Source: a bacterium (GTDB taxonomy: Bacteria > Hydrothermota > 32-111). From it: a stretch of DNA of 41,616 nt. The position numbers were made by a program, and so were the translations under genes. Position 1 is the first letter of the stretch. Every line of letters begins with the position of its first letter. This document shows, piece by piece, positions 19,626-27,898 of this stretch. The stretch covers positions 1 through 41,616 of the forward strand of contig JBFXGO010000021.1 of the NCBI GenBank assembly GCA_050239825.1, in the 5' to 3' direction. Below the pieces are notes generated by a model. It was not told the origin of the DNA, did no database searches, and saw only the letters and a program-made list of their open reading frames with translations.

Positions 19626-20104
19626 TCACCAAAAAAGCTTCCCGAATCACTTAGAAGCTCAAGGTAGATTAAAATGCTGTCAGAAGAGTATGATTTTAAA
19701 TAGAATCTTGCAAATATGCTCTCTTCAGTCATCAGATAGTACCAGTGTCCCGCATTGGGATACTCCATGTCATTGTACCCTGATGTGGGAGCGTATGAGT
19801 ATGAAAATGCACCGTAATCAACTATGCCTGTCTTCTTAATGTTTCCTTTTGATATAATTGAATCCTTTGAAGGTGATAAAAAACATATTGAAGAAGAGAA
19901 ATAGGATGATATTATCAGATCGGAGCGAGAGGTTATAGAATCAACAGTCACTCCATCTTTATCAATAATTAGGGATGAAAGAGAGTTAAAGTCATTATTG
20001 TAAACGATTAAATCATCATAAGAGACTATGTTTGGAGAACTCTTCTCTGATAGAGAGCATGAAGAAATCAAAACCAATGCAAGAATCAAGAGTGTTTGTT
20101 TCAT
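19622..20104 (-). CDS. Hypothetical lipoprotein
   Basis: Lipobox LISSC; C-terminal half resembles 20160..20702. Confidence 0.7.
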   Translation of the reverse strand: MKQTLLILALVLISSCSLSEKSSPNIVSYDDLIVYNNDFNSLSSLIIDKDGVTVDSITSRSDLIISSYFSSSICFLSPSKDSIISKGNIKKTGIVDYGAFSYSYAPTSGYNDMEYPNAGHWYYLMTEESIFARFYLKSYSSDSILIYLELLSDSGSFFGE

Positions 20105-20111
20105 ATAGAAT

Positions 20112-20140
20112 AAAAAGAGAGGGCTTTGAAGCCCTCTCTT
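20112..20140 (-). terminator. Intrinsic terminator
   Basis: Minus strand AAGAGAGGGCT-TCAA-AGCCCTCTCTT followed by a T-run. Confidence 0.8.
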
Positions 20141-20159
20141 CTAAAGATGTAAAATCTTA

Positions 20160-20702
20160 TTATTCTTCTGTGCTGAAGTATTCGGTTCCATCTGTCTGGT
20201 AGTCGTAATCGAACTCTACCATGTCGTAAGGAGATGTATAGCTTGTTATATGAAGCTTTGCATAGTCGCCATTGTCAAACTTAACCCAGTACCATGCTCC
20301 TGTCTCAACTTTAATTGATGTAGCAGTCATTGTGGCGGGTGCTGTCATATCTGCGCTGTCTGCTGTTGCGAAGTATGTTGTCTTGGGAGTATTGTCGTCG
20401 CCCCAATAATACACCTCTGAGTCGCCGTCTGCTGAGACAAAGAATGCGCCCTCTGTGTAATCTCTGTCATTGTACCAGAAATCAACTGTGCCGCCGTTTC
20501 CGGTGACTGAGAGTGCTTCGCCCTCTCCGGTTGAGTCATCAGAAATCCAGAATCCTGATGCTCCGGCCTGGTCAAAATCCCACATCTGTATTCCTGTGTA
20601 TGACTCGACTGTCTCTGAATGGTCTGTAACGGGAGGATTTATAATTGAGCATCCTGCAAAAACAAGCGCAAATAATGCAATAATTCCAAAAACTTTTTTC
20701 AT
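20160..20702 (-). CDS. Acidic lipoprotein
   Basis: Lipobox VFAGC, strong RBS, rich in Asp/Thr/aromatic residues. Confidence 0.8.
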   Translation of the reverse strand: MKKVFGIIALFALVFAGCSIINPPVTDHSETVESYTGIQMWDFDQAGASGFWISDDSTGEGEALSVTGNGGTVDFWYNDRDYTEGAFFVSADGDSEVYYWGDDNTPKTTYFATADSADMTAPATMTATSIKVETGAWYWVKFDNGDYAKLHITSYTSPYDMVEFDYDYQTDGTEYFSTEE

Positions 20703-20715
20703 TCTTCCTCCTTAT

Positions 20716-20970
20716 TTACTTTGTTTTGGGCGGTGCGTTCTTAACCGGCTCGTTTGTGGTATTGACTTTGCTTCCGCCGTCAGTCTTTACCTCTTCTTTC
20801 ACAGGATTCTTGATTGCTTCGATGTCAGCTTTGAGAACTGTGATTGTTGAATCCATCTTTGCCATCTGATCTTTGAGTCCCTGAACATCTGTTTTCATCT
20901 GTGTGTCCGTGCATCCTGCAAAGACAAGAAGAAGGACTGCAACTGAAAGTACTACGATAAATCTTTTCAT
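20716..20970 (-). CDS. Small coiled-coil lipoprotein
   Basis: Lipobox VFAGC, heptad segment, C-terminal Lys; AGGAGG RBS. Confidence 0.8.
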   Translation of the reverse strand: MKRFIVVLSVAVLLLVFAGCTDTQMKTDVQGLKDQMAKMDSTITVLKADIEAIKNPVKEEVKTDGGSKVNTTNEPVKNAPPKTK

Positions 20971-20994
20971 CCAACCTCCTGGTTAATTTTGATA

Positions 20995-21023
20995 ATTATA
21001 ATTAATTTGTCCATAAAAGTCAA
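20995..21023 (-). promoter_or_regulatory. Promoter of the lipoprotein genes
   Basis: TTGACT-N17-TATAAT. Confidence 0.7.
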
Positions 21024-21061
21024 TATACCCTTATAATAAGTATTAGGCGATTCCAAAATAC

Positions 21062-21352
21062 TTATCTGCCTCTTCTGAAGTTGTCTCTTCTCGGTCCGCC
21101 GTTGCCTCTGCTCTCTTTCGGTCTTGCCTCGTTTACTACGAGGTTGCGTCCCATGACATCCTTCCCGTTCATTGTCTCTATTGCTTTCTTTCCTTCTTCA
21201 TCTGCCATCTCTACGAAACCGAAGCCGCGGGGCTTGTTTGTTTCGCGGTCTTTAATGAGTGTCACTGATGTGACTTCGCCGAAAACCTCAAATTCTCTCT
21301 TGAGATCTTCTTCTGTGCATGTGTAAGATAGATTACCTACATAAATCTTCAT
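21062..21352 (-). CDS. RRM-domain RNA-binding protein
   Basis: RNP2 IYVGNL, RNP1 RGFGFVEM, VNEARP, Gly/Arg-rich tail. Confidence 0.95.
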   Translation of the reverse strand: MKIYVGNLSYTCTEEDLKREFEVFGEVTSVTLIKDRETNKPRGFGFVEMADEEGKKAIETMNGKDVMGRNLVVNEARPKESRGNGGPRRDNFRRGR

Positions 21353-21540
21353 TTGTTCTCCTTTTTGTGTTTTGTGAATATATGGAAATCGCCTAATCTC
21401 ATAATTGGACTGTTTAAGTTTAGTTTAAGGAAGAATTCGAAAGGATATTCCCCGCCAGATTAATAGAGGCTTCAAAAACCATCAAACCACTTCCGAGATT
21501 CAAGAACCGAAAAAGTTAAATTTAAAATTCATACAAGGAG

Positions 21541-21568
21541 ATTATATACAAATTTTAAAATTTTTCAA
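21541..21568 (-). promoter_or_regulatory. Putative promoter of the RRM gene (implies ~180-nt 5' UTR)
   Basis: TTGAAA-N16-TATAAT. Confidence 0.5.
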
Positions 21569-21596
21569 GAGGGGGTATGCTGATTTTGCTTTTTTG

Positions 21597-24500
21597 CTAA
21601 AATCTGAATAAAACATAAAATCCCGCCGAAAATGTCTGCCTCTTGTCTCCCCTCTTAATATCTTCGCTCCTGACAAATCCTATGTTTAGACCTCCTGTGA
21701 CATTGTTTGAAAAATTGTAATCTGCTCTTGGTTTTACATCAAGCATTGTCCTCTCTTCAAGCACATTCTCATTTGAAATGTCTGTTTCAAGAGATTTTGA
21801 AAATGATATATCTAACCCGGTATTTAAGTTGGATTTGAATTTTATTCTTTTATTGAGAACCGGAACATTTATCCCGGTTGGCGATGAGAAGGAATAGCTG
21901 AGAGAGATGCTGTGTGAAAAGCTTTCACTCTTTCTCACGGTTTCGATTGCCCCAAAATTTGACTGCAAGCTTGTGGTATAGTTGTAATTATAGCTTGCAT
22001 TCATGCCAAAGAGCATAGTGCCATTCACTCCCACTACAGGAAGAAAATCTGCAGATTCCGTGACCCTGTTCGGCACTGAATCCAGCTTCCCGGACTGGGA
22101 GATAGACTTGTTGAAAGAGTTTCTCAGAGAGAGAGACCTGAATGCTTTGTTCAAAAGCACAAGCTCCTCCAAACCGCTTATCTCAAGTGAGAGCGACGGC
22201 CACTTGGTATTTATATCTCTGTTGATGTTATCAGCAAGGCCGGTTGTCGAAACGGATTTTGAGTATGAACCTCTGAGAGAGAGATTGCCAAAATCAACCG
22301 ATGAAGAGAGAGACCTGCTTTCAGATGTGTTTTTTCGGAGGTCGGTCATATCTGAATACATTTCATAGGGAATGGAGTCGGTAAGCCCCAGCTGAAAGAG
22401 AAGAGGCGCTCTTGAAGAGACATACGAGTATGAATTTGCGTTTGATTTTGAATAACTGTAATTCAGAGGAGTGAATTTATTTGTAAAGGATTCCAAATAC
22501 TTTGCAATCCACGGCGGGCTCATAACTATCGCTGAAGAATCTTTCGCTTCATCTCTTAAACCCATAATCCAAGAAAGAATAAACGGATAATCGAAAAAAC
22601 CGCCCAGCGAGAATCTGCCGTTATTAGCAAAGTCCGTAATATTGTAAGGGTCATCGGTGACAATCAGGTTTTGATTGTTCCTTTCATTATATGAAGTATT
22701 AAGGTTTAAATTGTGAGTAAAAAATTTCACGAAGACAGGGTTGTACTGCACTGCAATGTTGTGATTCTTTCCCGTTTCAAGTCCGAGCATGCTCAATCTG
22801 CCATCTCCTTCATAGGCAAGGTCGTTTGTTCTCTGCTCGGAAAAAGTCAAGTTGAGAGACCTGAATATCTTATATGAGGTTGACAGAGAGCGGCTGACGG
22901 TCTTGTTATCGGTTGAACCCACCTTTACAAATCCGGTATCACCCAGAATGAATGATGAGGATGAATTCTTGTTAAATCCAGCCGAATAGGAAAATTGTGA
23001 AGGAACAGGATAAAACTCCATTCTATTAAAGAGCTTCAAACTCTTCACAGCAGGAGTGAGCGAATATGATCCGCTGAATGAGTGGGCATTTGTAGTATCA
23101 GTCCTGCTGTATGACATAGAGTTGCCGTTGGAATAACCGTATGAAAAGGAGAGAAGGTCAAGAGTATAATGAAGCACAGGATTGAGAAATCTCTTTGATC
23201 TTCTAAGACTGGCCGAATAGCTTTCGCTGTTTGAATAGGAGCTGTTTTCCGATACTTCCTGACCGGACATCCTGTAATCAGTGCCCACTCTGAAATATGG
23301 CATGTATCGGGAGGGGCTTCTGCTGTATGCCAGCGGAATCGAAATTCCCATGAATTCAGGAATAAGTTTTTCTCCATTAAGAGATGCATTCACTCTGTAG
23401 CCGCTGTTGGTGTTGCCGGATCCGTTTGTCTCATTTATTGTGACAAAGAAAGGATTTCTGTAATTGGCTGAAAATGATACTGCCAAGAATTCCGGAAGAG
23501 AGAATGATGCTGAAATATCCCCTGCTGTTCCAACCTCTCTCTTGGGAGAGAGAAGCATTATATCATCAATCCATACCTCGCTGGTGATGGGAAGATTTGA
23601 ATTATTCATAACAGTGAATTCGACATAGTTGATATTTGTGAGAGAAGGAGCACCTTCATATCCGTACATTCCCTCTTCATATGAGAGAGAACCGGGATGA
23701 CTTCGTTTTATCGTAACAAGAGTTTCAAGAGGAATTTCTATGTAAGTCCACTCTTTGACGGGATTGAGTTTCAGATAGTAATAATTGAGAGAATCTCCTC
23801 CGAATTTGAAGTAGAGAGTCAAAGAGTCTGATTCGGTGGATTTGTAATACATTGTAAGCGTTTCATATCTCTCATAAGAATCTTTTATGCTCAAAATTTT
23901 ATAAACCCTTCCCCCCTCTCCGTGAAAGAGATTGTTGTTGTAAAGAACCATAGATTGCTCTCTCTTGGATTTTCCCGAATAATCTGTGCCCGGGTCATAC
24001 GGAGGTTCATAGTCAGGGTCTGTCTGATTATTCTTTGCTCCGACATAGAATTTATCTTCAAGGGTATTTATTGAAAAGTAATTCTTCCATTTGTTTGATA
24101 CCGCCGATATCTGGTAAATTGAAAGCGTGTCATCCGAATGAGAACCGCTCCAATACATTCTTGCGTATTTTATGTATTTCAAATCAGGAGTGCCTACTAT
24201 CTCAACATTCTGTGATGAAAGCGGAATTCTGTAAAGCTTCCAGCCTGTTCTCAGATTTTCATATACCATATCTTCATTGCTGGAAAGAGAGATTATAAAC
24301 CTGTAAAGGTCGAGGTTTGTGTTCAGGGAACCGTCCCTGTCAAGGTCTTCAGTATCAAGCGAGTTGTTGTTTTCAGTGCCGTTTATCTGCGAATAATCAT
24401 CAGGGTTGGCTGATTCGTATCTGTAGTCGTCATTGCCGTCATCTCCGGCGATATTCTGCGAATCTTCTCCGTTAACATTGTCAAGTCCGGTATCCTCATT

Positions 24501-27044
24501 CGCGTCAAGTATTCCGTCATTATTTGCATCCTCGGACTGAAGGGTATTGTCAGGACTCAGAATGTTTCCATTTTTGTCTTTTCTTACCATGTCTTCTGTA
24601 ATATTTTTGCCTAACTCCACTGTTAGAACTCCGGACTCTCCCTTGACCCATATTTCAAAAAACATCATGTCTGACATATCTATTCCAGTGCGTGATACGG
24701 ATTGATTGAATGAAACAAAAGTATTTGACGGGTCATCAACGTTGACATTCATTACAAGAGTCAGTATTGAAACATCGTCATCCTTGTCAAGCTCTGGTAG
24801 CAGTTCATTTATATTTCCAAGAACCTCTCTGTCATTAAACCACTGATACTCCTCTGAGAGGTCAGATGCCGACATCGACGGAGGAAGCGAGCCGCGCACC
24901 CATGATTTTCTGTCTATTGAAATATCATTTGAGGCAAGCACAGATTCCATATTGTCTATGAATGCCTTTCCTGTCGAGTTGGGATTCGGATATGAGACTG
25001 CCGCCTTGGTTGAGACGGATAATGCCGAGGGAGCAGATGAATAATAGAACGGAAGCATATTTGCAAGATCGGTCAAAGCGAAGTATTTGTCATTGTAAGA
25101 TATATCGAACTCACCGACAAGCGCCTCCTGAGGTTCCTCTCCCAATCTCGGATAATCCTCAAGTGCATAGGAAAGAGTATTGTAGAGCCAATTTGAGTTT
25201 GAAGTGAGTTTGTCGGAAAAAGAATAATCCAAATGAAGGCCGAGAAGATTTTTTGAAGCGAGAGAGAGAAAGGGGGAATACTGATAGTCAATAGTAATGT
25301 CGGCATTCTGGGCATTTGCCTCATCAGTGATGAAATTGACTATTCCGTATTCATAATCAATGGTGTAATCCTTATCCTTCTCCATGGTCTTGCCGTTTAT
25401 CTTGACAACTTCACTGCCTTCAAGAATATTGAAGACACCCAATGAGTAAATTGATTGCGAACCTCTATAGAATATATCTATGTAGTATAATCTGCCAATA
25501 TAAGTGCCTGTCTCCTGCGAAGTATAAATTATGGAATCCGGTTCATTCAGACTCTCGGAGGCAAAGGGCAGCAATTGAGGAAATACAATATACCCTCTGT
25601 CAAAATTGATGTAATTGAGGTCCACCTTGCCGTCATCGTTATTGTCAAGACCCAGTATCTTCAAATAAGTTCTTTCGTTTTCAAGTTCGTAATCTTCTCC
25701 GGAACCGTAATTTACCTTCTTTATGTTCAACACGAAAGTTTCGGGGATTATATTGCGCGATGAAAAAGTATATATGTTTTTCATCATGTACTGCCATGTC
25801 AAAGATGAAGGATAATCATCCTTCTGTTTTATGGCTTTGATTATAAGGGTATCTCCGGATTCGTAGGTCACGCTTCCTATGGTGTCTATAGAACCGTCCT
25901 CTCTCTTTATTATATATGAAATTCCTATAACTTCGTTTGAAGAGAGGGTTGAAAGAAATTCTATGAATTGCCCGGTTTTATTATAATAATAGTCATTATT
26001 GTCTCCACTCTTTAGGAGTATGAACATGCCTTCAAACATGGATGAATCGTAAACTCCGGGATAATAAACTATTTTACCGGCAACAGCGCCCTGTTCGTCA
26101 TTGTTCGTTCCGATTCCGTCATCCTTAAATACATTAAGTTGTATAATGCTGTCTGATGAAGAGATGCCTAAAAAGAAGAATCTGTTTTTGTTGTACTCTG
26201 CATCATACAGTTTCATGGAATCAAGTTTTGTATTACCCACAAACTGCTTTTGTTCGCTCTCTCCATTCTGTTTACTCGCTATGGCTGTAAAATTCACGCC
26301 TCCCAACTGACCCGACCCCTTTATTCCGAAAAGCCCTTTATGCTGAGGCGTTCCGCCTATAAGCTTTATCCCGGGAAGAGAGAGGTCAACATCCCCTGCT
26401 TCGATTTTTTGGAGTATATCATCATCTATGCCCTGATAAGAGACCTTCACCTTATTGTCAGATTCCCTCTCGGATTCAGAGTCATGGTTCAGATTCACCT
26501 TTATCCTATCTCCCACGGAACCGGTCACATTGACTATAAGATGCTGATAAAGAAGGAATTCCGGTATCAGCGATGAGGCTGATACTGTAGTGTCGAGGCC
26601 TGTAAGGTCAAATGTCTTTGAGCCGGAATATTCGACCCTTTCGGATCCGTCAACAACAAGCTTTCCTCCCTCTCCGAATAGAGATGACATCTTGCCGAAT
26701 GTTATGGGAAGGTCAATATCTCCTATGAGTCCGTACTCCTGAGCATTCGATTCAAATGCCTTAATGGCATTCTCCCGAAAAAGTTCATTGATATATTTTT
26801 GGTTTTTACCGCTAAGATAATCGTCAAGCATTTTGACAGAGTCGACGCTGACCATGTGATCTTTGAAATAAGTTTTAAAAAAGACAAGCTTGTTGGCTTC
26901 ATCTATTTCCACTCTCTTTTCATACCCCTGGGATTCCAACCTGTTTAAAAGCAGTTTGTTTTCCAGCTCTTCATTGGAATAATCCTGAGGATTTATCATG
27001 ATAGAGCCAAACAATAGCAACAGTACCAAATATCTTTTTTTCAT
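21597..27044 (-). CDS. sprA: T9SS translocon SprA/Sov-like outer-membrane protein
   Basis: V.G.VGD...VN, Y.G.DD.I.QKIEAG, LFGIK, GSEVV.ING..DYTIDY..G, P.LGEEP, TEDLD.DG, VWIDDIML; beta-barrel C-terminus ending in F. Confidence 0.85.
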   Translation of the reverse strand: MKKRYLVLLLLFGSIMINPQDYSNEELENKLLLNRLESQGYEKRVEIDEANKLVFFKTYFKDHMVSVDSVKMLDDYLSGKNQKYINELFRENAIKAFESNAQEYGLIGDIDLPITFGKMSSLFGEGGKLVVDGSERVEYSGSKTFDLTGLDTTVSASSLIPEFLLYQHLIVNVTGSVGDRIKVNLNHDSESERESDNKVKVSYQGIDDDILQKIEAGDVDLSLPGIKLIGGTPQHKGLFGIKGSGQLGGVNFTAIASKQNGESEQKQFVGNTKLDSMKLYDAEYNKNRFFFLGISSSDSIIQLNVFKDDGIGTNNDEQGAVAGKIVYYPGVYDSSMFEGMFILLKSGDNNDYYYNKTGQFIEFLSTLSSNEVIGISYIIKREDGSIDTIGSVTYESGDTLIIKAIKQKDDYPSSLTWQYMMKNIYTFSSRNIIPETFVLNIKKVNYGSGEDYELENERTYLKILGLDNNDDGKVDLNYINFDRGYIVFPQLLPFASESLNEPDSIIYTSQETGTYIGRLYYIDIFYRGSQSIYSLGVFNILEGSEVVKINGKTMEKDKDYTIDYEYGIVNFITDEANAQNADITIDYQYSPFLSLASKNLLGLHLDYSFSDKLTSNSNWLYNTLSYALEDYPRLGEEPQEALVGEFDISYNDKYFALTDLANMLPFYYSSAPSALSVSTKAAVSYPNPNSTGKAFIDNMESVLASNDISIDRKSWVRGSLPPSMSASDLSEEYQWFNDREVLGNINELLPELDKDDDVSILTLVMNVNVDDPSNTFVSFNQSVSRTGIDMSDMMFFEIWVKGESGVLTVELGKNITEDMVRKDKNGNILSPDNTLQSEDANNDGILDANEDTGLDNVNGEDSQNIAGDDGNDDYRYESANPDDYSQINGTENNNSLDTEDLDRDGSLNTNLDLYRFIISLSSNEDMVYENLRTGWKLYRIPLSSQNVEIVGTPDLKYIKYARMYWSGSHSDDTLSIYQISAVSNKWKNYFSINTLEDKFYVGAKNNQTDPDYEPPYDPGTDYSGKSKREQSMVLYNNNLFHGEGGRVYKILSIKDSYERYETLTMYYKSTESDSLTLYFKFGGDSLNYYYLKLNPVKEWTYIEIPLETLVTIKRSHPGSLSYEEGMYGYEGAPSLTNINYVEFTVMNNSNLPITSEVWIDDIMLLSPKREVGTAGDISASFSLPEFLAVSFSANYRNPFFVTINETNGSGNTNSGYRVNASLNGEKLIPEFMGISIPLAYSRSPSRYMPYFRVGTDYRMSGQEVSENSSYSNSESYSASLRRSKRFLNPVLHYTLDLLSFSYGYSNGNSMSYSRTDTTNAHSFSGSYSLTPAVKSLKLFNRMEFYPVPSQFSYSAGFNKNSSSSFILGDTGFVKVGSTDNKTVSRSLSTSYKIFRSLNLTFSEQRTNDLAYEGDGRLSMLGLETGKNHNIAVQYNPVFVKFFTHNLNLNTSYNERNNQNLIVTDDPYNITDFANNGRFSLGGFFDYPFILSWIMGLRDEAKDSSAIVMSPPWIAKYLESFTNKFTPLNYSYSKSNANSYSYVSSRAPLLFQLGLTDSIPYEMYSDMTDLRKNTSESRSLSSSVDFGNLSLRGSYSKSVSTTGLADNINRDINTKWPSLSLEISGLEELVLLNKAFRSLSLRNSFNKSISQSGKLDSVPNRVTESADFLPVVGVNGTMLFGMNASYNYNYTTSLQSNFGAIETVRKSESFSHSISLSYSFSSPTGINVPVLNKRIKFKSNLNTGLDISFSKSLETDISNENVLEERTMLDVKPRADYNFSNNVTGGLNIGFVRSEDIKRGDKRQTFSAGFYVLFRF

Positions 27045-27884
27045 CTAATTGTTTATCAGCCTTTTTAAAACAACTATCTCTTTTTCAAAATCTTCATAAT
27101 TGCCGGGGACTTCGAGAATCATAGGAATATCTTTGAACCTCTTGTCATTCATAAGATATGCAAATGCATCCTGCCCGATAAAACCTTTGCCTATGAATTC
27201 ATGCCTGTCCTTTCTTGTGTTGAATTCATTCTTTGAATCATTTAGATGAAAGAGTTTCAATCTTTTGATGCCGATTATTCTGTCAAAAGCATTCATTGTC
27301 TCTTCGTAAGAAGATTTTGTCCGTATGTCATACCCTGCGGCAAAAGTGTGGCATGTGTCGTAGCAGACAAAAAGCCTCTTATTGCTCTTAACTGCGGATA
27401 TAATATCGCGGAGATGCTCAAATCTCCATCCGACGGATGTACCCTGACCGGATGTCGTCTCCAGAAGTACATTTCCGCTCTCTGTCTCTTTAAAAATAAT
27501 GTTTATGGCTTCTACAATTCTCCTGACGCCAAGACTCTCTCCGATTCCGAGGTGGGAACCGGGATGAAGGACAATGTCATCTATTCCGAGTCTTTCTCCC
27601 CTCTTTAAGTCATCAATCAGTGATGATATCGATTTGTTGAAAATTGTCTCATCCAATGACGCAAGATTTAGAAGGTAGGAAGCATGTATGCCGATATACT
27701 TCACTTTCGATTCAAATAAGCTCTTTTTGAAGTTTTCACATACTGATTTTTCAAGAGGTTTGCTCTCCCATTGCCTTTGATTTTTGGCAAATATCTGAAT
27801 TGCTTCGCAGCCGATTCTATCGGCCGCGAAGAACATTTCAGAATATCCTTCAGAGACGCTCAAGTGAGCGCCCAGTATAGGCAT
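27045..27884 (-). CDS. nfo: Endonuclease IV
   Basis: LGAH, HASYLLNL, HPGSH, LETT.GQG, DTCH..AAGYD, HLNDSK..DRH. Start at MPILGAH. Confidence 0.95.
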   Translation of the reverse strand: MPILGAHLSVSEGYSEMFFAADRIGCEAIQIFAKNQRQWESKPLEKSVCENFKKSLFESKVKYIGIHASYLLNLASLDETIFNKSISSLIDDLKRGERLGIDDIVLHPGSHLGIGESLGVRRIVEAINIIFKETESGNVLLETTSGQGTSVGWRFEHLRDIISAVKSNKRLFVCYDTCHTFAAGYDIRTKSSYEETMNAFDRIIGIKRLKLFHLNDSKNEFNTRKDRHEFIGKGFIGQDAFAYLMNDKRFKDIPMILEVPGNYEDFEKEIVVLKRLINN

Positions 27885-27898
27885 TGCTGGGTATCTCC

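Noticed and set aside
21412..21422. GTTTAAGTTTA shared between the RRM leader and the lexA-small ORF spacer (39255-39265)
   Set aside because: Low-complexity 11-mer in AT-rich DNA; plausible by chance.
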